Program-made: the position numbers and the translations under genes
Assembly: GCA_976226885.1 (NCBI GenBank)
Contig: OZ320315.1
Coordinates: 97,154,001 to 97,218,000 of the forward strand
Source: Iphione sp. A-MEVVRFRX5
Taxonomy: Eukaryota
Length of the DNA: 64,000 nt
Direction: 5' to 3'
Notes under the pieces: generated by a model
Seen by the model: the letters and a program-made list of their open reading frames with translations, nothing else
Database searches by the model: none
Told to the model about the DNA's origin: nothing
Shown here: positions 1 to 10,925 of the stretch, piece after piece
Layout of the letters: every line of letters starts with the position of its first letter
How positions within the stretch are numbered: the stretch's first letter is position 1

Positions 1-539
1 ATGCCAGTGCTGACGGATGGTTGTCTTGGAAAACCGGATGTAGTGGGGGACCTCTGTATCCCAGCGAAAAACCAAATGCCACGCCGTTTAAGACAAACTG
101 GTCGTCTGGTTGACCCATTGCTGTATTTATCCACTTGTCCAGCTTGAGCGTGGAGTCGAGGTGTAGTCTCGCCCCTGCAGCATTTTGTACTCTAGTGCTG
201 GCCACAACATTGTACAAGTATGCCAATTTCTTCAGGAACTGTGCAACCGGCTCGGGCCAGGTCTCCGATGCCCCGCCAGGATATACTGCGGCAGCGGCAG
301 GACGATGGCGGTATCCTGGTATCTTGAAGGCCGTCACTGTCATAGTCCACTGAATGGGAGGACTCGATATCAGTGACAACATAACCTTGTTCGTGTGTCG
401 AGTGCCGGTGCACCTTCACATATGGGAGGGGGATGACCGCATGTAGCGAATAGTCCTTGGACATGGCCAAATTGTTTCGATGACCTAATAATGGTGTCGA
501 TGTGAGAAGCGGGGGCCCCAGGTCAAATAGTACTGCTGT

Positions 540-1050
540 AGCATCTAGTTTTTTTGGCTCCTTTTCTTGCTTCTCTTCTCGTCTCCACTTTGGCTCATCT
601 TGCTTCTCATTACGTTGTAGTTGCTGTTGCAGCTGAGCCTGTTGGTCTGATTCCTTTAAGCCAGGCGTACCGGCCAGGGGGGTGGGTGCGCTAATTGGTG
701 CGCCGGTAGTGGTTTCTGACCCTACTGGGTCACCACAGGCAGCAACAGAGACAGAAACAGGTATCATGGACACACCAACAGACACAGTACTGAGGGAGCA
801 TTCTACCCCCTCTGCACTGGTCTGTTTAGTCTTTTTAGCAAATCTGCCAGAGGAAGATCTCTTGCCTCTCTTTTGCTGACTAGGCTGCTCAGCTGGCATG
901 CCCATGATAGAGGAGGCCAAGTCCATGATACCACAATCACAAAAGCAATAAACACAAAATCAACAAAGCAAAGTTGAAAAAATACTCCCTTTGATGATCC
1001 TGATAGCAATAGAAATAGCAGAAAGATAGAACAGTGACAGAACAGTAAGT
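540..1050 (-). mobile_element. LINE ORF1 5-prime fragment embedded between DIRS gag and RT
   Basis: MGMPAEQPSQQKRGKRSSSG.. (about 730-907) is clearly homologous at DNA level to 36738-36910, which lies directly upstream of a LINE ORF1 coiled coil. Confidence 0.55.
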
Positions 1051-1888
1051 CTTCATGCACCCCTTCCTGGCACAGGCCATAGCGGTGTCCTGGCAGTCTT
1101 TGTTTTGCACACCGTACCAGCACACTGCGCACCTGTGCCAGTACATAAGTGGACCTTCCTTGTGGCCGTCATGTTCGCTACATGTTGACGAATTGTACAT
1201 GGGACATGGATGTCGCCTTTGGTCCTCCGTAAGGTTGCCCTTGATTAACGAGAGACGAGTATGGAGGCGATGAATATGGTCCTCCTGGAACCATGAGAGT
1301 TTTCCCTGGTCGATGTTATCAATAGTTGTGAGGGACCAATTCCTCACCGCCGGCCAGTCCCCATTGGTTGCATCCTCACATATCTCTGAGAGATGTATCA
1401 GGACATGGCATAGCTCGAATTCCATAGAGAAATCATCCAAGATCCGCACACAGAAGCCGAGGATATACTCCGAAAGCAAGAGGGTGTTTCCTAACAGGGA
1501 CAGCTAAATCTCGTGGAAGTGACACATAAGGACGCCATCTTAGATAAGTGTCCTGAGTGACTGGGTCTGGATATATCTTACCCGTCGCCGATCCAAAGTT
1601 GATATTCTCCCGTTCCAACCAGTTTCTTCTGCCATATTCTGAGTATCTGCCATTACGGTAGTCCTCAAGCGAGCGATACTGGTACGACTCAGTTCTGTGG
1701 TCGCAGTCATCCTTTGCCGATCTGCATTCCTCGCCTTTTGTTCGGTGCTCATGACTGCCCTCTCGGGAGCCTCGCTCCACCTCGCTACGTTTAGACTTGG
1801 ATTTGGACTTGGTTGTTGACTTGGGCGTCGAGGTCTTGACTATGCATTTCGCCTTGGTTTTCACGGCCTTGGTCTTTTTCCGACTCAC
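937..1888 (-). pseudogene. DIRS gag (frameshifted, Cys/His zinc knuckle)
   Basis: Overlapping ORFs 1433-1888 and 937-1479. Same W-x-x-VR-x-WS and PC-x-x-YN motifs as the gag remnant at 37590-37730. Confidence 0.75.
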
Positions 1889-2511
1889 CTCATGCTTCTG
1901 CTCCTCATGTTGAGGAGATTAGCAATGCACTCCTCAATACGCTTTTGGTCCAGGGTACCAGTAGACAGAACTGAGGGAGTAGAATCCGAGTTCTAGGGCT
2001 TGTCGTCGTGTGGTGGGTCATTTTTTTTCTTTTTTTTTAAACATTTCTTTATTTCAGGAATTTTGGGAGGCCTTGGAGGCCTTACATTTCCAGATCAGTC
2101 TTCTATGATTTCTTGCTATATCTTCGTTAAGTAAAAAGTAAAACATTGTTAGTACTGATTATGCATAATCTTTATTTGCGACGTATACCGAAACAAGGGG
2201 GGGGTCTCTCATATGAGAATACCCACCATTCTCATTGCATCATTTCTTCTTATCTTTCAGATTCTGACTATCAAAGTCTATTTGTTAGTAATGTGGTAGT
2301 GTGGAATGATTATGACGATGGATGTTAGTACTTGTATCAGTATAGTTTATGATAAGTAAATGATGGAGGAGAATTGCTGGGAAGAGAGTGTAGATGGGGG
2401 TGTTATGAAAGTGTTTTATTGCACGCTACCCTAGATGATTTTATGTGAATCCACGGACAGATGAGTATATAGTACAAACTCATATAAGCAATCTGGCCAG
2501 ATTGTTGTTCA

Positions 2512-5050
2512 TCATACTCTCCAATTTTCTTTCATCATTCGGTCAAACAGAAATTTCTTCAGTTGATTTTTAATATGGCTTATTGTTTCTTTGTTGGAAG
2601 CAATTGTATATTTCTGTAGGGCACTGGGGATAGTATTCCAGACCTTAATCTTGTTGTAATGAGGGGAATACCTGTAGGCCTCACAGTGCACCTTCAGCAT
2701 TTTTAATTGCAGACTAGTTTTTGCACGTGTATGCACCCCTGGGTGGCCATAGGTTGAGACAGATTCATCTTTAGGGGCTCTGCTACCATTGTTTTCTTTT
2801 ATGGCCATCAGTCCTAGGAAATATTCAATTCTCAAGTCGTATGGTAACAGGTGTAAATTTTGGTATAATATGTCAATGGGGCTTCGCCAATCTAAGAAAC
2901 AGTGCAGGACCAGTCTGTTCAAACAATTTGCAATACTCCTGAACCCAGGACTTCTTTTATTCAGTAGTAACTGGCAGCCCTGATCTGAGTATGGGACTAT
3001 GAAGGACTTAAATATCTGTTCTGTGCCCTTTTGAACAGGATAGTCAGGGGCTTCAAGGAATTCAGCACTCTAGTAATTTGTTTGGTCATTTTCAGGTGCT
3101 CTTCTAGATAGATGCCTAATATTTGACATGGTCCCTTTTATGAAGTCCTATCTTGTTTTCTATCAACTTTCCTTCCTGCTCACTCAATTTATTCCTCGGG
3201 TTAGAGAAGATTATCAGTTATGCTTTCTGATCATTTATATGTAGCCCATTTTTTCTACACCAATGCAATAATACCTGAAAGCCATTTTTTAATTTAGTAC
3301 CAACTTCCTCAGGTGTATTCCCAGTCATCACAAGAGTAGTATTGTCCGCATAGAGCTGACACTCACCCTTGGTAAATTGATTAAGGGGTACTCCTGCTCC
3401 CACTAAGTGTGGTTTAGATATCTTGTTATTCATTTTTGTGTGCTGTTTATGATCTGCAACCAGCAGTGATAGTTGTTTAGGCCAAATAAAGGTAATTTAG
3501 ACAGTATTATATCATGTTGGATGCTGTTGAATGCTTTAGCATAATCTATTAATAGTACCCCAGTTAACTGCTTCTTATTGAAATTTTCATATATAATATC
3601 TGCTAGTCTGACCACGGCGTCAGTAGTTGATCTATTTTTTCTAAAGCCAAATTGGAACTCATGTAGTAAATTGTTTGTCTCAATATGGTTATAGATTCTG
3701 GAATGTACAACCTGCTCAATAATTTCAGAAAATACTGGTAAAATAGTTCTTGGTCTATAGTTTGCTGCATTCTTTCGATCACCCTTTTTAAATAGGGGAG
3801 TTACCAACCCCTCTTTCCAATCAGCTGGTATAGTACCTTTCGTTAGTGAGGCATTTATTAGATGGGTTAGTTGATCTGTTAGGAAGAGCAGCACATTTTT
3901 TAAGAGATAACTTGTACACCGGTATAAGCCCGATGGTTTTGAAGTAACCTTTGAGAATTTCTTTGATCTCCTTCACAGTAGCTACTGTCATGTTAAGTCA
4001 AGGTATTCCTTCATTTTCTTCATCCAGTATGTTACTGAGTATTGGCAGCTCTGGATTTGATGATACATTCTGGGTCCCTACTGTTGCAAAGAATTTGTTT
4101 AAGTATTCAACACTATCCTCCTCATTTAGCAAAAGTCCGTTCTGATCATGTAATATAATACTTGGTTGAGATTTTTCTTTGGTCTTAAAAGCGTTCTTAA
4201 GGATTTTCCAATATCTTTTGGGATCATCCCGATTAGCATCTATTGATTTCTGGTAGTAAACACGTTTACAATTTTTTATTTTAGTTTTAACAGCGTTAAT
4301 TATGCGTTTCGCATATTTTATGTCAATAGGGTCCCTACTTCTCAACGATTTACGATAGACTCTCGATGACGGGATTCCATTTCCTGAATTTACAAGCTTG
4401 TTTATTGTATTTGGGTCCTTCAAATGGGCGTGAGCATGATGATCACTTAAATTCTATTTCCTTCGCACATATTTCAAATCAATAGTTGAGTTCACATACA
4501 GGTGGTCAATAAGTCGCACCCTTGCTACTTTCACGTGTAAATTCTGTTATTATTTGAGTATAGGAGTATTCCTCAAATAACAGTTTCAACCTTTGCGCTG
4601 GTGGATGTTCAAGGTTGGCATAGTTGATATTTACGTCTCCAATGAGAATCGTATTACCCCCCCTACGACCATCTATGGACTCCAATGAGTTCCTAATGTG
4701 GTCAAGAAAAACACCTACACTCCCAGATGGCGGTCTATAGATCATCCTTATGTTTATTTTCGCCCTTAGCAAGATTTGGAGCCAAAATAGCTCAATATCT
4801 TCATTATTGCCCTTTTTGGGTTGGATGAATCACGTATTTGAGTCTTACGATCTTGTCTTAACAGGTAATATCCACCAATTGCCAGACTCGGTGTTAAGAT
4901 ATTTGGAGTCAACCATGACTCAACCAAGATAATTAAGTTATAGCTAAATTTGTTGATTATGATCTTTAATTCATCCAGTTTCCCTTGAAGGCTTCGCACA
5001 TTCATGTAAAATATCTGGAGAGTCCATTTGGCATCGTGTGTCACCGCCAT
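2512..5050 (-). pseudogene. LINE A ORF2 (AP endonuclease + reverse transcriptase), fragmented
   Basis: ORFs 4766-5050, 4506-4772, 3998-4423, 3430-3894, 3218-3433 and 2512-2922 are collinear pieces of an EN-RT protein. Confidence 0.9.
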
Positions 5051-5689
5051 AATACGATCATTAATACAGTTTCATTTCTGGCATTATTTGACTTTATACT
5101 ATTTAGCATATTAAACAAATGATGGGCATACCGCTTAGATGGATATAGATAAATGAAATAATTATGTTGGAAAACACTGGTTGCCATAATTAATATAGGT
5201 AATGTAGGTCCCACCTTTATGATGAAGATACGGTTAGAAATGACAAAATAGGATGATGGTGACAAGGGTGGGGGAGGAGGCGGAGGCACAACTAAGATTT
5301 ACAGACTTCGTGAGAGTATTGTTGCATATCAGATATGTGGATTCACTATAGTTCAATCATCTGAAGCATGCACAATATGATATGAAGCAGTATTTATTTG
5401 CAAAACATTTATCTGTTTCAATGGCGTTGAAGACATGTTAGCCGAACATGGCAAAAAATACTATTCACTCAAGTTATTTGATTGCCCAATCGAAAAGATT
5501 TTTGAATTTCAAATGTTGAAATACTGCAATTACCAAGCTAGTGACCAAAATAGGTTTTATCGGGCAATACATAAATCCGTTAGTGGATAAATCCATACTT
5601 CATGTCTTTATAGGAGTGCGTTAGATAGGTCTAATACTAGAACCAGAATGGAAGTAGATGCTACCCATTTTCAACATGCACTCGGTAAT

Positions 5690-6376
5690 TCAAACAATAC
5701 ATTTTGTCAAAAATTTGACTAATTCTCTGGTTCGTTCCCAACGGAATTCTTCTTTTAGATGACATCCATCTGCTGTCTTATAATAACGATGATGGATTTT
5801 ACGGTTGTTGCGACTGTGAATAATACTTCCGACCCATGGAGTTGGCATATCTCGTTTAGCGTTCATTGCAGTAATATCAAGATTGATACGAATTATAGCA
5901 TCGTTTATCATATGCTGACATGGGTGGTCACTACCCATGTCTATATCCTCACTGCCATTGTATGCATTGTATTGGTGTAGGTTTGGTGCAGTAAAGGTAC
6001 TGATTGCAAACTTGTTGCTTTGAAAACGTCGTGACAGCTTCGTTTCTGCCTTGGCCAGCTCCCAATGTACACGGTAGTAAATCTCATCAGCTGATTCGTC
6101 TTGTGGCTGGATATTTCTTGCTGATTTTCCATTTGATAGGGTCACATATTCCAGGTGGGTGATATCATTTGTGCCAGCCAGGATGACTATCAGTGCCGGA
6201 TCCTGATTATACTCAAAATCGACAGCCAAATCGACCACCTCATTCAGCCTTCTTCCCGGATAGTGATGCATGTTTACAAACTGATCTTCTTTCCAGAGAT
6301 TATAACCAATACCCCTGCCGTTCGAGTCTGTGAACAAATAAACATCACTATGCAGATCCCAGATTTCACGAGCCAT
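5690..6376 (-). CDS. SGNH/GDSL-like esterase ORF (228 aa, open)
   Basis: Blocks FTDSNG (Ser), YPG, AGTNDI and ADGCHL (Asp-x-x-His) are all present. Its ATG overlaps the ORF1 stop (ATGGCTCGTGA, 6366-6376). Confidence 0.85.
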   Translation of the reverse strand: MAREIWDLHSDVYLFTDSNGRGIGYNLWKEDQFVNMHHYPGRRLNEVVDLAVDFEYNQDPALIVILAGTNDITHLEYVTLSNGKSARNIQPQDESADEIYYRVHWELAKAETKLSRRFQSNKFAISTFTAPNLHQYNAYNGSEDIDMGSDHPCQHMINDAIIRINLDITAMNAKRDMPTPWVGSIIHSRNNRKIHHRYYKTADGCHLKEEFRWERTRELVKFLTKCIV

Positions 6377-7612
6377 TTTCTAGCATTCGATTTTCGGCAT
6401 GTTTGTCCATGCCTGATCCTTCGTTACGTAGTGTCGTGCGGAGTTCAGTGAGTATATGACCCAGCTGATTCAGTCCTTTGTAGGTACCAGCTGTTATGAG
6501 GGGCGATCTGATTGGGGTGCCTGCCCCCTAAAACCCATCATTGCTTGCCTCAATTAGTAGGCAGTCACCACTCGATAGCAATTTACACTTCAGGTCATTG
6601 TTCTGGGTGAATTGGCAGTGAATATTTCCTTCATACAGGTAATCCTGTCTGCTTCCCAGGCCTCATCGAGTAACAACCTGTGCGTCTTTGCCTTTGTTTT
6701 GAAAGGGTCCTCGGTCATAAGAAGTTCACTTGCAAGAGTTTCGTCGCCCAATCGTTTGGCTTTGGCCACTGCGAATGCTTGTTTGACTGACGTAAATGCC
6801 ATTCTTTCCCAAATGAACTGGCATGAATACAAATTTGAAAAGGGATGGTGTTTCCCGGAGAACGCTAGGCCGGTTGTTGTTCTCACCTCTGAGGCCTTTT
6901 CAAGAGAAAGCTCGTCAGGCAGTTTATGCAAATTGTTTGTAGTAAACACTTGGCCGTTGATTGATAGTTTATCATTTTCCAATTTGGCGGATGCTCTGCT
7001 GGCTCGGGCATGGATAAGTATTTTTCTTAGCTCAGCCCGTTTATTTCTGTCTGATAGAGACAAGTCTTCGTTTATCCAAATCCCGGGGTGCTGTTTCAAT
7101 TTTGGTTTGTTCCCCAGGATTTCATGTTTCCATGACACCTTGAGGAAACTGACCATTATGTCTCTGTTCTTTCCAAATTTCTTTGGGCCCAGGCGAATGC
7201 ATTGGTCAATCTCGTAAGGCTGCATGGTTGGTGATAGCATTTGAAAAAGACCAAGCACCTTGGTCATTGTACTTAGTGGTGACTCAGACTCTTCCTCTAT
7301 TATGCCTGACATTATGATGTTATTCTTGCGTAATATTTTATCATGTTCTTAGGGTAGAATTATCATTGCGTAAAACTGTTACCTCAGCTTGAAGTCGGCT
7401 CACCTCACTTTTCTTGGACTGACCCCTAATTTCATCCACTAGTCTTGAAGTCTCTTCACTATTTTTATTATTAGCATGGGTCCATTCAGCTACCTCAGGT
7501 GTTAACTCATCATTTTTTGCTGTATTAGCTTTTATTGACTGTGTCATAAGAGTGAAGGAAGATGCAATTGTGCTAATATCACGGACAAGCTCTTGTAAGT
7601 TCGTTATATTTT
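6366..7612 (-). pseudogene. LINE A ORF1: coiled coil + RRM/CTD fused to a NADAR domain
   Basis: CIRLG..RDIMVSF..IWINEDLS (L1-like RRM/CTD), then FSGKHHPFSNLY..SVKQAF..AKA..W. After a frameshift near 6600: KFTQN..LL.SG..LIEASNDGF*GAG..GLNQLGHILTELR. Confidence 0.85.
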
Positions 7613-7945
7613 GGTAACGATTCTTCCTAGATCATTACCTGCCAAGTTACTCCTCACCTCACCAATGACTTGATCAAACATATCATGGAGTACATCATAC
7701 ATATTTACAATCTGAGTGCCATGAAAATCATCAAATTTTACCTCATATGTTGTATCAATAGCTCCATCTTTCATGAGAGTTCTTTGGTGTCTCTTTCTCA
7801 CTGTGTAGGGTGGTTTAGACAGTGTTGGTTGTGATGCTAGTGGTGCTTTGTCGTTAACCTGAAGCTTTCTCTTCTTCAGTGGAAGTGGTGGTGGTGGTTG
7901 TGATGGTACACTGAAGGCCTCTGCTGAGTGGGTTGGTTGTCGCAT
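7604..7945 (-). pseudogene. Polinton/Maverick-type protein-primed DNA polymerase ORF, N-terminal fragment, truncated at the LINE A junction
   Basis: DTTYEVKF..LHDMFDQVIGEVRSNLAGNDLGRIV resembles the N-terminus of invertebrate Polinton PolB ORFs as I recall them. No polymerase catalytic motifs remain. Confidence 0.6.
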
Positions 7946-8019
7946 GGGTTCAGGTGAGCGTCTCCTGTTCTCAAAAGGACCTCCTTTCCTTACTCTGGAA
8001 CGTGGCGACCTCTCAAACT

Positions 8020-8405
8020 CAGTCGGGTAGACACTGTTGGATCATCATCCTCCCATTCCCCGTCTGCCACACAAGCATTGACCAATTCTTCAATGGACTA
8101 AAACAATGTAAAACCATTTTCTGTAAAGATGTATATCACAGACACAAGAGAAAGATAGACAGTACTGAAATATTTTTCTACCTCTTGACTGTCCACAATA
8201 TGAAAAATGTGTTGAATTCTCATTCATCATGATTTATACCAAAATAATACATATAAGTGTATTAACATATACACACCTCATCTTCATGAGCCACTAAGTC
8301 ATCAGTATGCATTGATTCTCCATTTTGATCAGAGACAGTTTTGTCCTCATGATCGTCACCACTCTCCCAATCTTCCAGACAAGCATTCATCAGCTCTTGT
8401 ATGGA
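8020..8405 (-). other. Two paralogous exon-like segments upstream of the PolB-like ORF
   Basis: tttcag|SIQELMNACLEDWE..EDE|gtgtgt (8405-8277, 129 nt, phase 0) and ttttag|SIEELVNACVADGEWEDDD (from 8097). Confidence 0.45.
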
Positions 8406-8825
8406 CTGAAAGTATATTATACACCAAAAGGAAAAGATGAATTTACATTTTTTGTCATTGTGATACATTTCAATGATCAACATGTAATTTGACCAATATG
8501 GATATGGACTTGAAAGAAAAGTAATCTAACAATGTCAAGCCTACACAAGCCTATAAATCGAACCCTTCAAACTGAAAATTAATTCATGAATTCACAGAAT
8601 ACATTTGGTAAGTACTGTAATTCTTTCTGCTGTGAATACCATGTTGTATCATAATATAAAAATTACCTCTGGTACATGATCAGGAGAACTGAATACTTCT
8701 TCGACATCCATAGTATTCAACATATCAAGAACAGCTTGATTCAATTCATCCAGTGTCCCAGGAGACATGGAGAGATTCATGTCAACGTTGTCCATCTGAA
8801 AAAAAAAAATTTTAAAGATCTTTTG

Positions 8826-9260
8826 CTTTTTAGGATGGGTCTACTAAAGTCGACAGAAAGAGCACTTTAACTTGTTCAAAGTTCATGTATTTTATATCTA
8901 CAGAAAGCTAAAGGGCTGTTCTTTTCAGATCTGCATTCCGTTTTTCTCTATCTGTACTGTAAGTGTCTAATAACAGTGAGTGTAATCAGCAATCGGAAAG
9001 CGGCCGACTGGGCGAGCAGCATAATGTGCATGTTAGGGTAGGTCTACTAAGGTAGCCCAAAACAGCACTTATACTTGGCCGATTTTAATAAATTTTATGT
9101 CTACAGAAAGCTAATACTCTGCTCTTTCGAAATCTAAAATCCATTTGTTTCTATCTTTATTTTAAGTGTCTCAAAATGGCGAATAGATTTGCCAACAGGA
9201 AAGCGGCTGACTGTATGAGTGGCAACCAGAAAAGCTCAGTTTAGGGTGGACCAACTAGAA
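8826..9260 (+). repeat. R1: degenerate ~203-bp tandem repeat block
   Basis: Core GGTCTACTAA(A/G)GT at 8838 and 9041, degenerate at about 9245. Shared motifs TATRTCTACAGAAAGCT, AAGTGTCT and GGAAAGCGGC. Confidence 0.85.
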
Positions 9261-9614
9261 ATTGTCTGCAGTCTATGATCGGAATTAGATTCAACAACTT
9301 GGCTTGGAATGTTGAGAGTTCACTGATTCAAATAATACAACCAGTTTGACTGATATATTAACACCCATGCTACGAGGAGAGGTTTTGCCTATCAACAAGT
9401 GAAGAGCAGTGGATTGATAATTAAGTACCCACACTTTAGGGGGTTTATGACAGGGCTATACAACAGGACAGAGGTCAGTAAAGAGAGCAACAGATCCACG
9501 TCCTCAAGAGGAAAACAGTCTATGGGGAGGTCAAGTGTTTGATACGAAGTTGCAGTATCTGATATGTGAGTATTGAATCTGTATCAGTCTTTGTGAATCA
9601 ATGAGACAGGCAAC

Positions 9615-10196
9615 ATGGATTTCTTCAAATACTATTTAATTTTCACTGTGTTTGGATGTGCTCAGTCAACCTGGATATTATGTGGTCAACCCCACGTTTG
9701 CTACTGCTCCATGGATGGGGTAAATGTACGCTGTATGGGACCTCAGGTCATCCTGTTTCCACCCTTTTCAGTTGCTACTCATAGATCAACACAGATCTTA
9801 ACCATACAAGATACCAATATACGGAGCATCAAAAATTTGAATCTACACACATGGCCCGCACTTCAGATATTAAACATCCATAGAAATAACTACATGAAAA
9901 ATTGTCAACAGGAGAAGGAGACACTTATACTGGAAGGTAGAAACATTTCTGTTGTTAATGTACAATGTGACCATCCAGGGTCTACAGAAGAAAATCAGAT
10001 TTTTAATGTAACATTGATGGGAAATGACACGACTATGAGTGTAAATGACACAACACCAAATGTGGTGATAGTCAACAGTAATATGTTGTTTGCCTACATA
10101 ATACCTGTCATCGTTTTTGTTGGCATATTCATTGTGCCTGTTGCAGTTCTCTCATTGAAAAAATGTCGCAAAGGCAAAGAGACTCATTGTCAATGA
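9615..10196 (+). CDS. Minimal LRR type-I membrane protein (193 aa)
   Basis: Signal peptide, LRRNT C..CYC..C, about 2 LRRs (ILTIQDTNI, LQILNIHRN), Cys cap, N-glycosylation sequons NIS/NVT/NDT, TM segment LFAYIIPVIVFVGIFIVPVAVLSL, basic short tail. Intronless and intact. Confidence 0.8.
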   Translation: MDFFKYYLIFTVFGCAQSTWILCGQPHVCYCSMDGVNVRCMGPQVILFPPFSVATHRSTQILTIQDTNIRSIKNLNLHTWPALQILNIHRNNYMKNCQQEKETLILEGRNISVVNVQCDHPGSTEENQIFNVTLMGNDTTMSVNDTTPNVVIVNSNMLFAYIIPVIVFVGIFIVPVAVLSLKKCRKGKETHCQ

Positions 10197-10394
10197 AATA
10201 TACAAACCCACTACTACAGACTTTCTATAGTAGACTGAATTTTGATGATCCAAAATTTAACAGAAAACTAAGACTCCACCTTTTTAAAAACTGTATACAG
10301 TTTGACTCTATACCTCATACAAGTTTTAACAAATGTGAGGGGTTTTGTTGATCAGAAAATGGTGACCTGTATGAACAACAAGTCATAGTAAAAA

Positions 10395-10925
10395 CATGTA
10401 TTAGGGTAGGTCTAAAAAGTGTTCAGAAAAGGCTATGAATAGGAGAGACTGTGGTCTTTTTAAACATGAAATCCATTTGTCTCTATTGGCAGTGTCTAAA
10501 AAGGATGAGTATAATTGCCCACGGCTACTGCGGTAGTGGCCGGCCGGATAATGGGTTTGACAGTGGGTATACTAAAGTGGGAGGAAAGAGCACTTATACT
10601 TGTCCGATTTCTATAAACTTTACATTTCCTAAATGCTGAGAGTCTGCTCTTTCTAACAAGCTATGGTATAACTTGGTAGCATTTGTCTAAATGTCTGAAA
10701 AAGTGAGCGGATTTGCCAACAGGAAAGCGGCCGCCTGTGTGAGCGGCATAATGTGTATGTTAGGGTAGGTCTACTAAAGTAGCCCAGAACACTTCTAATT
10801 ATCCGATTCTCATAAACTTTATATTTCCTAAAAGCTAAGTATCTGAAATCCGTTTCTCTCTATCTGTATTTTAAGTGTCTAAAAATGGCGAGCGGATTTG
10901 CCAATCTGAAAGTGGTCGGCCAACT
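10395..10925 (+). repeat. R2: ~203-bp repeat block (about 2.7 units)
   Basis: Cores at 10409, 10566 and 10768 (GGTCTACTAAAGTAGCCC). Same unit motifs as R1. Confidence 0.85.

Larger units (their letters stand above)
1..1990 (-). mobile_element. DIRS/Ngaro-type tyrosine-recombinase retrotransposon fragment (gag + RT N-terminus), continuing beyond the window start
   Basis: Gag-like ORFs 1433-1888 and 937-1479 (W..VR.WS...IDQGKLSW, then PCPMYN..C..H...H.CAVC). Manual minus-strand translation of 1-200 gives NAAGARLHLDSTLKLDKW..DDQFVLNGVAFGFSLGYRGP..NHPSA, the DIRS RT N-terminus. Confidence 0.85.
2021..7612 (-). mobile_element. LINE A (CR1/L2 group): ORF1-NADAR, SGNH ORF, EN-RT ORF2, AATAAA + poly(A) tail
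   Basis: Poly-T run and TTTATT on the + strand at about 2021-2055. EN (YMNVRSLQGKLDEL, VESWL, YRPP, GDVN), RT (NYRP, QFGFRKNRST, LIDYAKAF, YADN), C-terminal WNTIP..LKK. Confidence 0.9.

Noticed and set aside
192-926. 244-aa ORF as a real gene
   Set aside because: It is a chimeric read-through from a LINE ORF1 leader into DIRS sequence.
6612-7217. Plus-strand ORFs over TEs (also 20627-21034, 46986-47321, 57649-58026 and others)
   Set aside because: These are antisense shadows of minus-strand TE ORFs with no recognisable motifs.
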